A DNA stretch of 19,277 bases from Ginkgo biloba (GCA_024626585.2 JANKJI020000004.1:180858356-180877632), one strand, 5' to 3'; counted from the stretch's first letter, positions 1 to 8,684 are shown. The notes: generated by a model from the sequence alone, not told the origin. Program-made: numbers and translations.

Positions 1-399
1 GATTCTAGGTGAAAAATCCTTTAGTGAGGAAGGGTTGATTATCAATTCTTTGACTATGGAAGATACTCGAATGGGATTATTGTCTTTAGTGGCAGATGAA
101 GATAGAGGTAAAAAGTGTTTAGAGTAGGGACACATGGCATGGTTAAGCTGCAGGTTTGAGAGGAATTAGCATGGGGAGATTAACACCAAAAAAGTATTTT
201 AGGCATTGCTTATATCTGAGCTCAAGTGGATCAAGAGGGGACATTTTTTGAAGGTGTGTCAATTTGCGATAGCCAACAACAGTCGGGTAGCTTAATGATG
301 TCTCATCGCTAGGGTTATGATGACCAAGAGAGAACGTTGGAAGATTAGAGTGAGACTTATTCACCCCAGTGAAAAGACAAGGATCAAAGGATGGATGCT

Positions 400-649
400 G
401 AGGAGGTTCAATCTCATGCTTTCTTTGGATTGATCCATCTTAGGGAGTCAATGTAGGAGGTAATTTCAAAGGTAAGATCAAATTTATTCCTTAATTCCCT
501 AAGTGGGTCTTAAATTAGGGCGCCTAGTTTTAGGGATTTATAAAGCCTATTTGATGCTATTTTAACATTCCTTTAAGTATACCTTAACCTTAGGCCTTGT
601 TGGAAGCCACTCTTGGGAATCCTTGGTCTTGTTGTATCTTTACACAATA
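400..649 (-). repeat. LTR-like repeat, homologous to the element starting at 9968 (inverted orientation)
   Basis: Reverse complement TATTGTGTAAAGATACAACAAGAC...AAATAGGC...GGCGCCCTAATTTAAG...TTAGGGAATTAAGGAATAAA aligns by eye to 9968-10150. Confidence 0.75.
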
Positions 650-2686
650 AATTCTNNNNNNNNNNNNNNNNNNNNNNNNNNNNNNNNNNNNNNNNNNNNN
701 NNNNAACTTATAAATAGGAAAAAAATGTTTAATTCAAAAGGATGAAAGTTACCACCTTAAGCACTGATTATAAAGTGACTTGCATTTTTCACTCCATGTG
801 ACCTTTTTTGCATCTTCAAGCTCTATTTTCCATATTTTTCATGCTTGTCTGCTTTATTTTTCAACAACTTTAGCACATATTACCTTATTGTGGCCAGTCT
901 CTTGTGATTTTTATTATTTTCTTAGTTTTATTTCCTATTTTTTATATTTTTCATTAAAACTACAACATAAAAACCATAAACTGAGGAAACCCCCCCTCAT
1001 TTTTTTATCCTTTTAGTACTCGCTCCCTTCTAGAGGGACTGATAGATTTTCAATTTACTTAGAANNNNNNNNNNNNNNNNNNNNNNNNNNNNNNNNNNNN
1101 NNNNNNNNNNNNNNNNNNNNNNNNNNNNNNNNNNNNNNNNNNNNNNNNNNNNNNNNNNNNNNNNTTTGAGTTCCCCTACATCCCTGCGTCTTGTTGCTCT
1201 CGCTCTGAGTGTTTTACCAACTTTTCTCTACTCTCCAAGCACCCTAGTGGCCTCCTCTTCCCATTATTGGCGTCTTAGCCCCTGCCCAGGGCACCCACGG
1301 GCACCCCTATCCTTCTTGGGCTCGCTGCATGGCCTGGCAGGGCTGCGTGACCCATCCCAACATGCCGCAGCCTGTGTAGGCCCGTCGTGAGGCCCCTGTT
1401 ACATCGAAAAGCCGTAAATGATAAAATTTAAAAATAATACAAAATAATTAACCACTAAAGTTGATTAATTCTTTCCTTGGCCCTTTGTCCTTTACTTCGA
1501 TCACGTGGAGACTCCTAAAAACCATCTCTGGGGGCTTAAGAGACCTTTGGGTGCTAAGCTTATTTTTTTCACCCTCCCATAAGCCTTTTTTGGATTTAAA
1601 AGCTATGAAGGCACGTCTTTTCTTACCTAGGCCTGTATGTCCACCTTGGGAGTGGTCTTCATCCCATTTTTCCTCCGAAAACCTTTAAGTTGTATTAAAA
1701 TATTATAGCCATGAAGGATCTTTATGTATCAAGGCCTATTTTTTGGGTACCCATCCATGTAAGCAGTATCCATCCCATTTCAGAAGGCCTTTCTCTCTCT
1801 TCCATTCAAAAACATCGACTACGCCACATTAAAAATTATAAAACACTTGAAGCTCTCTAGTTCACTTTGAAAACCATGTCGAAACCATTGAAAATCACCA
1901 AACTAAATCAACCAAACAAAACAAAAGTAAAATAACACGAACAAAAGTAATTAACGCAGGCTTCACCACTCACCCTTTTCTCTCCCCAGTATATTACAAT
2001 GACACGATAACACCATTTTATAAAATAGTAATAATCTGAGGTTGTTGATGTCGGCCTTCTACTGCCACGTGTCGATGGGCACGCAGTGGTAAATTTTTAG
2101 CGTCAACACCAACCTCTGCCTCAACTTGGGTTGGGACTTATTCCTCTAAAACTCTAAAATTTATGAGTTCTACCTCTCCAACTTGAGATACTTTCATATT
2201 GATTATATCCATAACCTTTAAAATTATNNNNNNNNNNNNNNNNNNNNNNNNNNNNNNNNNNNNNNNNNNNNNNNNNNNNNNNNNNNNNNNNNNNNNNNNN
2301 NNNNNNNNNNNNNNNNNNNNNNNNNNNATCTTGAAATTGGAAGAAAGCTTCCAAGGATTGTCCCGAGTCCCTAAAGAGACACCAAAATTTTCCACATATT
2401 TCATAAAAGACTATGCATTTGAAAATAAAACGATCATTAGTCTCCATCTCCTGAAAGCAAAGTTGGCATAGTCTCTCATCTCTTGGAATGTGGTGGTCTG
2501 TCTCGATCCTCAATTGATGAGAACCAACTTGCATTTGGCCAAGGGGAATTCTAAGTCCATGATACCAACGTTGCCAAAGATAATCCAGGAGAAGAACATC
2601 TCTATCACATACTTGGAAATATGGATGCATAATGATACAATTTTGGGCTCAAAGGCCCAAGTGGAGAAATCCAAGTGTGTTGGATA

Positions 2687-3042
2687 TGTTGGACTAACCA
2701 CCACACCTTTGGGAATCGATTTCGTAGACTAACCATCACCCTGGAAACTTATGCCTAACTGCGCACTCAAGGTGATGTTGCTGGGTTTGGAAATTTACTA
2801 ACACCTGTAGGTTTTGGTGTAATGGCAAACTCTAACATGGTATCAGAGCTTCGATCCAGGTTCGATTCCCCCGAGTTACATCGAAGGGGGGGTGTTGAAC
2901 TAACCACCACACCTTTGGGAATCGATTTCGTGGACTAATTGCCACCTTGGGAACCTAGGACTAACTACCCACTCAAGGACTAACTGCCAAGTTTGGAAAT
3001 TTATTAACACCTACCGGTTTTGGTGTAGTGCAAACTCTAACA
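2687..3042 (+). mobile_element. Complete TRIM (terminal-repeat retrotransposon in miniature), 356 bp
   Basis: LTR1 2687-2837 and LTR2 2893-3042, both TGTT...AACA. PBS TGGTATCAGAGC at 2838-2849 (tRNA-iMet). PPT GAAGGGGGGG at 2883-2892. 5-bp TSD GGATA at 2682-2686 and 3043-3047. Removing the element and one TSD restores the LINE frame (DIYRAYI-QHTWISPLG). Confidence 0.96.
2815..2869 (+). promoter_or_regulatory. tRNA-type (type 2) Pol III internal promoter candidate: box A 2815-2825, box B 2859-2869
   Basis: TGGTGTAATGG fits TRGYNNARNGG; GGTTCGATTCC fits GGTTCRANNCC; starts are 44 nt apart as in tRNA genes (positions 8 and 52). Confidence 0.6.
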
Positions 3043-3569
3043 GGATATAGGCCCTATAAATGTCCTCTTGAATGCATTTGTTAATTTCCTTTTGACCCAC
3101 TCTGACATTGGGAGCCCTCCAGGAAAACTTGAATGGTGGAAGATTATCAATAGAGATACTAGTAGTCTGTAGGAGAGAGTTCACACTAGTCAACCAACAT
3201 TTTTTTCCCTGTTTAGAGAGCTCCAAAGAGGATAAGTAAGAACAATAAGGATACCTCGAATTACCCTCACGTCTATCTACAAAATCTCGTTATCTGTGCA
3301 AATAACAGACAATCCTGAAAATAGTGTCTAACATGAGAGGCTGAGCATCAAATTCAGCTTGAACAATACACTGAGAAACTGTGTTTTTACATCGAATAAC
3401 TCTGTAAAGAACAAAATTTGTAATTATTTCATAAGAACCCATTTGGTACCAATCAGATAAGACCCCCAAATCTCATAGCCATAAAAACAATTGACCAAAC
3501 AAGAATATAAAAAATATTCAACTTGGTACAAGTATCATTAAAAATGTAGCTGAAAACAAATTTAATTAA

Positions 3570-4370
3570 CGGACTCTTAGCAGCATAAGAGAGAAGACCG
3601 GGTTGCCTTTCAATAATACGGAAAAGACCCTACACGAATGATATCGGGACCGAGTAAGGAAAAAGTCAAAGATGACTCAAAGGCAAGTGAGCTCTCCGAA
3701 GATACGGTTTTCATGGATCGGCCATTCATTTGTGTCGGGTGGCTTTTATCAAAGAATTTCATTTGTTCTCTCTTAGGGTGTCAAGGGATTGGACTAAAAT
3801 TATATTAAGAATTTCATTTGCTTCTTTTAGTACTAGAAATTCGACCGAAATATTTCAATATTTGTTCGACACATTTAAATTGTGGAGAACATAGAATCTC
3901 TTTTACATTTTTAGATAGTGTCAATCTTCCAAGAAAGAATAGGAGAAGATGGGAATCTTTCGAATACTTCTTATTCATTTGAAAATCTTTATCCAAAATG
4001 AATTCGTATCAAACAAGGTAGGAAAGATAATTTGATTAATGATCTCAGGAATCGAATAGAAGCTATAGGCAAGGGGTATTCTGTTAAAGATTCATCAAAA
4101 GGAATTAATCATCACTGATATTCAAGGGCACTTGGCTTGGCTTAATCAAAGGGAAACAATTGGAAGGCGGCGGGCGACCCCGGACAGACATGTCCGAGAG
4201 GCAGAAAGCTGAGACCCTGGTAATGGAATAGATGAGATATCCCGATCTTGAAACAATGATGAAATATACACCATATGGGCTGTCGGGCTACGAGGTTACC
4301 GGTAGGAACCGTGCTGACCATTTATCGGTAGGAACACGTTGGATAGAGTTGAGAGAACATATTCGACCAC
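3570..4370. other. Organelle-like inserted block (CpG-rich flanks around ycf1 fragment)
   Basis: Abrupt shift to CpG-retaining, GC-richer sequence at 3570-3760 and 4120-4370 between an AT-rich intron and a CpG-poor LINE; boundaries approximate. Confidence 0.5.
3801..4118 (+). pseudogene. ycf1: Decayed plastid ycf1 (Tic214) fragment in nuclear DNA (NUPT or plastid piece within a NUMT)
   Basis: With frameshifts it reads YIKN / EIFQYLFDTFK / CGEHRISFTFLDSV / IFQERIGEDGNLSNTSYSFENLYPK*IRIKQGRKDNLINDLRNRIEAIGKG. This is collinear with the conserved Ycf1 block RYIKN...EMSQYFF.TC.SDGK.RISFTY...ELY..W...NNL.NEF.NRIEALDKG (from recall). Confidence 0.8.
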
Positions 4371-4551
4371 CTGCAAATGTTATAAGTTAAAAATCTCTAT
4401 GTTCCGACTTTGTATACGTTTTTCTCGCTTTTCCAATACCTCGCTTGGAAGCTACTGAAAATATAAATTTATTTATTTTTTTAACAGTAGCCATATTTTG
4501 AAACACACCGTTGAGAATAAATTATTTAATGTTTTCTTAACACTTCATCAC

Positions 4552-4666
4552 CTTCATAACGTCTGAAGATAGTGTGCTCGGTCCGCGCGATGAGAAGTAG
4601 GCGACCATTGGTGCAGGTACATTTTTTAAAACTGTTTTACTTGGATTCAACTGAACAACCGGAGAT
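4552..4666 (-). CDS. SBT exon 8 (SPVVQLNPSKTVLKNVPAPMVAYFSSRGPSTLSSDVMK)
   Basis: gcag|A acceptor, AAG|gtgatg donor at the conserved K|PD intron position. Confidence 0.92.
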
Positions 4667-7071
4667 CTGCGCAAATTTCAGCATACGAATGAAATTCTGA
4701 CAAAAGAACCTATATGTAGGCACATTGAAAACGTCGTCATATTTCTTCAAACTAATATGCTAACTGCAATATGCAATGTCGACTCTTTATGTTTCCTTCT
4801 GGCAAATAATATTGCTATCCCGGGCAATTCTATGAAAACTTACCTAGATGACAGGTAATACGAAAGGATTTTTGTCCCCTGCTCCAGATCTATAAACACT
4901 ATTGGAATGAATGAAACTTCTGGAATAATTCTCGTGGGTACTTCCGAGAATATCAATCCGGCTCCACCAGCTTGGTATACGGCTACAGCTGCGCTTAAGC
5001 TAGACTCTCCACCAGAGGTGCTGAAGCATAACACAACTTTCCCTCTGACCAATCTCGGTATTAGGGATCCCACAGAGCACCGGCTAATATACATAGATTC
5101 AGTAATCAGTTGTAAGTATGTGATGATATTGAAACTTGAAATCCATTCTCTAGCTACGTTTAATCAATATTAATATTAGATTCAACTTAGAGGAAATGAT
5201 AAACTGTATACAGAGTACATACATACCCAGATCGTGAGACAGAAGATTCATCTACAAGCGGCTTGAAAGAAGTGTTTAGTCCATCGGTATTTAAGGCTTC
5301 TCCCTTAAAAGAAAATAGAAAAAAGTTTTAGGTTACTGCAAATGCAGCCAGAAGTATTCCAACTGTCAAACAAATAAAATAAGAGTTGAAAGCCATGTGC
5401 ATGGTGTGACACCTTGATAGATACGTTGTTGCCTAACACAAGGTTTGTTGGAAAGCTACGATCAATAGTGCTGGCTGCCACGGAGATACCCCAAGGTTCG
5501 GTGTTGGCGACAGAAGCAGGATATGGGCCGTCGTTCCCGGCAGAGAACACGACCGTCACGCCTTTCTCCATTGCGTGGAAGGAACCGATGCCGGAACTGG
5601 ATTTAAAATAGTCTTGTAGAGGTGGCGTTGAACCCAAAGAAATGGAGATTACGTCCACTCCGTCGTTCAAAGCATCGTCAAATGCCGCAAGGATATCTGC
5701 TTCGGTGCAAACACCGGAATCCCAGCATACCTTGTACATTGCTATACGAGCTCCAGGTGCGCCGCCTCTGGCCACTCCATTGGCGAAACCGAAAAAGCTC
5801 GCCGCATTCACAATTGCACCACCTGCTGTAGAGGCTGTATGCGTGCCATGCCCATTGTGATCTCTAGCTGAACGGAATTCCGGCGTTTTCGTTGTGTTGA
5901 GTGGTGATCCGGTGGCTTCTTCATAGCCTTTGACGTACCAGCGTGCTCCAATCAGCTTTTTGTTGCAGTTGGAGGAGTTGAACTTTTCTCCTTTCTGGCA
6001 AACACCCTTCCAACGACTAGGAAGCGGCGGCATCGAGGCATCCCGGAAACTTTGAGACTCTGGCCAAATGCCTGTCCAATATGAGACACATTAGCGGGAG
6101 CAAAACAATATCGATGATCAGCTCAATTCTAATGTCAATAAATATATGCATGGGGGACTCACCTGAATCCAAAATGCCGATGATAACCTCTTCTCCATAT
6201 TTACTGTTGGGCAGCAGAGCTTGTGTTGCATCCAAACTGAGTCCCATGAAGTCCCAACTGTGTGTTGTGTGCAACTTCGCCTCAGTGCTTTTGAAAACGG
6301 ACACGATGCCTTCCATTGCTGTCATAATTCATATTCAAAGGAAATAATCATTGTCAAAAATAATGTCCACAATAAGATGAACTTGCGCCACAATGACGTC
6401 AGGAGCTACAAGAGTGATCTTTGCAAAAATTACATGATAAAGCCGCAACGTGAGTTGCATTAAGCTTCGCCGCGAATCCGGAAAAGCTATGGCGGTAGCT
6501 GTAGATCATCGCTTTCTCCGTAACATCATGTCTGTTTCATCACATTGTGTAGTGAATTTAGACATGTATAGTCATCTGTCTAATATTGTAACGCCATAGG
6601 GAAAACTATGACATTTCATAAAAGAAGCTGATACCTTCCCAGAACTGATTTCAAAATATTATAATGCAGTTCAGTATTGAGATGCGGCTCTTCAAATCGC
6701 TTTCGTCCCATGTATACAATGTAGACCTGTATACATTCATGCAACATAGATCGGACTACATATATATTTGCTTTGACTACTACTGTGTAAATTAAAATTA
6801 CAATAATATGCCTATTTACTTTCTAATATGACTATTACAGAATGTCACGCATATGCGTAAAATTGAAGATCTTTTTCTCCTACCTTTTTCACCTAAATAA
6901 ATAACAAATTAAATACAGTCGCAAACATGATTACACTATGAACATGGAAATGAAAGATATTTAGCATCAACTTATTACATCGTCTGCACCAATAGTTTGC
7001 AGAAACAACAGAAAGGAGAAGAGGACACCCAATGCAGCTGTGCATCCAACGGTGGTGCTGGGCAGTTCCAT
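4552..7071 (-). CDS. SBT3.18: Subtilisin-like serine protease (S8A, SBT3.18-like), exons 1-8; 3' exons with catalytic Ser not present in window
   Basis: Manual splicing: join(7071-6979, 6726-6635, 6531-6434, 6318-6163, 6071-5413, 5303-5227, 5083-4844, 4666-4552) = 1530 nt / 510 aa. All introns are GT-AG, phases are consistent and there are no stops. Motifs: hydrophobic signal peptide, VYIVYMG and YSYRHSFSGFAAKL (I9), LHTTHSWDFMGL maturation site, ILDSG (Asp), HGTHTAST (His), SAGNDGP (oxyanion Asn), GKVVLC (PA), YFSSRGP. CTEADILAAFDDA...GSTPPL...SSGIGSFHAM resembles the SBT3.18 clade (subfamily call from recall, less certain than the family call). Confidence 0.93.
4844..5083 (-). CDS. SBT exon 7 (PA domain, CSVGSL...GKVVLCF...GGAGLIF)
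   Basis: ORF 4840..5094; attag|C acceptor, AG|gtaagt donor. Confidence 0.93.
5227..5303 (-). CDS. SBT exon 6 (GEALNTDGLNTSFKPLVDESSVSRS)
   Basis: ttttaag|GGA acceptor, GG|gtatgt donor; phase-compatible with both neighbours. Confidence 0.88.
5413..6071 (-). CDS. SBT exon 5 (GIWPES...HGTHTAST...AGNDGP...LGNNVSIK)
   Basis: Contains most of ORF 5305..6033; acag|GC acceptor, AAG|gtgtca donor. Confidence 0.96.
6163..6318 (-). CDS. SBT exon 4 (prodomain cleavage site HTTHSWDF, catalytic Asp in ILDS)
   Basis: Part of ORF 6017..6325; acag|CA acceptor, G|gtgagt donor. Confidence 0.95.
6434..6531 (-). CDS. SBT exon 3 (I9 prodomain, AMIYSYRHSFSGFAAKLNATH)
   Basis: acag|A acceptor, T|gtaatt donor; conserved YSY..SFSGFAAKL motif. 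Confidence 0.93.
6635..6726 (-). CDS. SBT exon 2 (I9 prodomain, VYIVYMGRKRFEEPHLNTELHYNILKSVLG)
   Basis: acag|GTC acceptor, AG|gtatca donor; conserved I9 motif; missed by ORF track. Confidence 0.93.
6979..7071 (-). CDS. SBT exon 1 (signal peptide MELPSTTVGCTAALGVLFSFLLFLQTIGADD)
   Basis: ATG at 7071, hydrophobic core, donor GAT|GTAATA, phase 0 into VYIVYMG. Confidence 0.85.
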
Positions 7072-7167
7072 AATATTAATCACAATGCCACTCAGAGTGT
7101 CCTCGGGCCAGAGCCAAATTGGTTGGCTTTCCTTTTTGCTAATGGTAAACGTTAGTTTCTTGATTTG

Positions 7168-7175
7168 TTTAAATA
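7168..7175 (-). promoter_or_regulatory. Candidate TATA box (TATTTAAA) of the SBT gene
   Basis: CCTATTTAAAC about 100 nt upstream of the ATG in non-repetitive-looking upstream DNA. Confidence 0.45.
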
Positions 7176-8019
7176 GGCCAACGTATTCCTCCAACGTTAA
7201 GTTTGATCACTGTGATAAAATGAATTAATTGTTTCTCGGTCGTTTTGGAGTTGTCGATGTCCGAGAGTGTGGATGTCAGGAACTTGTCTTGCACGGAACG
7301 GCTGTTACAAATTGCAAACCAGATATTCATTGCTTCTGTCGATATCTATGCCCATCACTTTTAGGGAAACTCAAGATTTCATTTACCATATAGGGACCTC
7401 TTCCCATGTCTGCACAGTGCATATACGTATAATTTATACAGGTCAACTTCATATTGCTTTCAGAAATTGCCAAAGAAAGAACTCTGTGCCTCGCAATAGA
7501 CATGAAATATTGAGGGGAATTATGGTATTCAGATTACTCCCGGTCTTAATCTCTGATCCTTCAACTATTATTCTCTTTGACACTTATACACGCTTGGGTG
7601 TGCCTTGCCTTGCAATGGACTCTTTATTGATGATGTAAAAAGTAATAGTGGAAACATGTCAGACATGAAATGAGAACTGATGTGTGACAAGGGGAATTAT
7701 TTGACCCACATGAATAATTACAAAACGGTATCGACTGTTTTCTCAATTGTATCCACTCTTGGCGGCTTCTCAAGCCTTCCTGAACATGGTGTGCTATATA
7801 TATCAGTTGCTTAAATTAGTTAATGCCCAAACAAGTATTTAAAACTAAGATTTCTTTTACAGCAGCAGGTGCATACAAAGTTTACTTTTCAAATCTTCTC
7901 CGAGATATATTTTTAGTTCATTGAGATGGAGCGTTGGATATAATTCAATGATTTATTGTCCTTTATAGGGAGCTAGCACATAGCATTCATTTATTATTAT
8001 TATTAATATTTTTAAGGTT

Positions 8020-8511
8020 GAAATATGATTTTTATTACTCTTTCATTTCAGTAAAAATTTAGAAGGGGAGAAGATGATCTAGACTTCACACTCAAAGAAT
8101 TTTTTTTACATAAGAAGGTTTGTATATTAATGAAGAAATAATTCATACAAGCTCTAACATAATGAATGTCAAAAGAAAACGCCAGATCTTATCATATGAG
8201 AATGAAATAAATTAACCTACTTATACAAGTGTGAAGAATAAAAGGAAGGGAAAGGTTACATAGCTACAAAGTTGACACCTCACAAGTTGGAGTTACTCAC
8301 ATGTGAGTTTGTATGTGAGAGAATATGTTTAATATAGAAAATGAGGAAAGGACATATGGATGGCAGAGTTATTAAAGAGCCTAAAAAATGACTCTTATAA
8401 CTCACAAACCCAAATTAAAGGTTTGATCTCAAATTTAAGAAATAAATGTTATGAACAATATTTGTAATACAAGACTTATGAATCAAACATTATTCTTAAC
8501 ACCCCCCCATA
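8020..8511 (-). mobile_element. PPT + 3' LTR of a Copia-like element (LTR starts 8501)
   Basis: Minus strand AACATTATGGGGGGG|TGTTAAGAATA, same junction motif as at 9579-9597; lower LTR boundary approximate. Confidence 0.6.
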
Positions 8512-8684
8512 ATGTTAGGATTGTGCAGTAAAAGAAACTCTGATTTTTTCTCAGTTGTGACAAAAAGGAAGAAGTGGGGCTTCTNNNNNNNNNNNNNNNN
8601 NNNNNNNNNNNNNNNNNNNNNNNNNNNNNNNNNNNNNNNNNNNNNNNNNNNNNNNNNNNNNNNNNNNNNNNNNNNNNNNNNNNN

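Larger units (their letters stand above)
2328..3560 (-). mobile_element. 5'-truncated, decayed non-LTR retrotransposon (RTE-X-like LINE) ORF2 C-terminal region, interrupted by the TRIM
   Basis: With frameshifts and stops it reads TKLNIFYILV...YGYEIWG...LQILF.RVIRCKNTVSQCIVQAEFDAQPL...KKCWLTSV...GSHQLRIETDHHIPRDERLCQLCFQEMETNDRFIFKC..YEI. This is a post-RT thumb plus a C-terminal CCHC-like region typical of RTE-X-type LINEs. The 3' end runs into the gap at 2228-2327. Confidence 0.85.

Noticed and set aside
1165-1998. Possible Gypsy LTR (minus-strand TGTAATATACTGGGGAG start near 1998; GC-rich patch 1280-1400)
   Set aside because: No PBS, PPT, second copy or TSD visible, so it cannot be delimited or supported.
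2806-2880. Functional tRNA gene
   Set aside because: Boxes A and B are present, but the T-stem has only 2 pairs, D and anticodon stems are defective, and the sequence is integral to the TRIM LTR/PBS.
2687-3042. CRISPR-like repeat-spacer array or Cassandra 5S element
   Set aside because: Eukaryotic context; repeats are LTRs with PBS, PPT and TSD. No 5S rRNA-like sequence recognised in the LTRs.
4907-6463. Plus-strand ORFs (4907..5173, 5414..5611, 5622..5831, 5642..5860, 6081..6347, 6221..6463)
   Set aside because: Antisense shadows of subtilase exons; no independent motifs.
7072-7194. N-terminal extension of ORF 6967..7194
   Set aside because: Starts at a non-ATG codon and spans the TATA-like box; the ATG at 7071 directly precedes a signal peptide.
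7267-7638. 123-aa plus-strand ORF upstream of SBT
   Set aside because: No recognisable domain or exon structure; most likely a chance ORF in promoter DNA.
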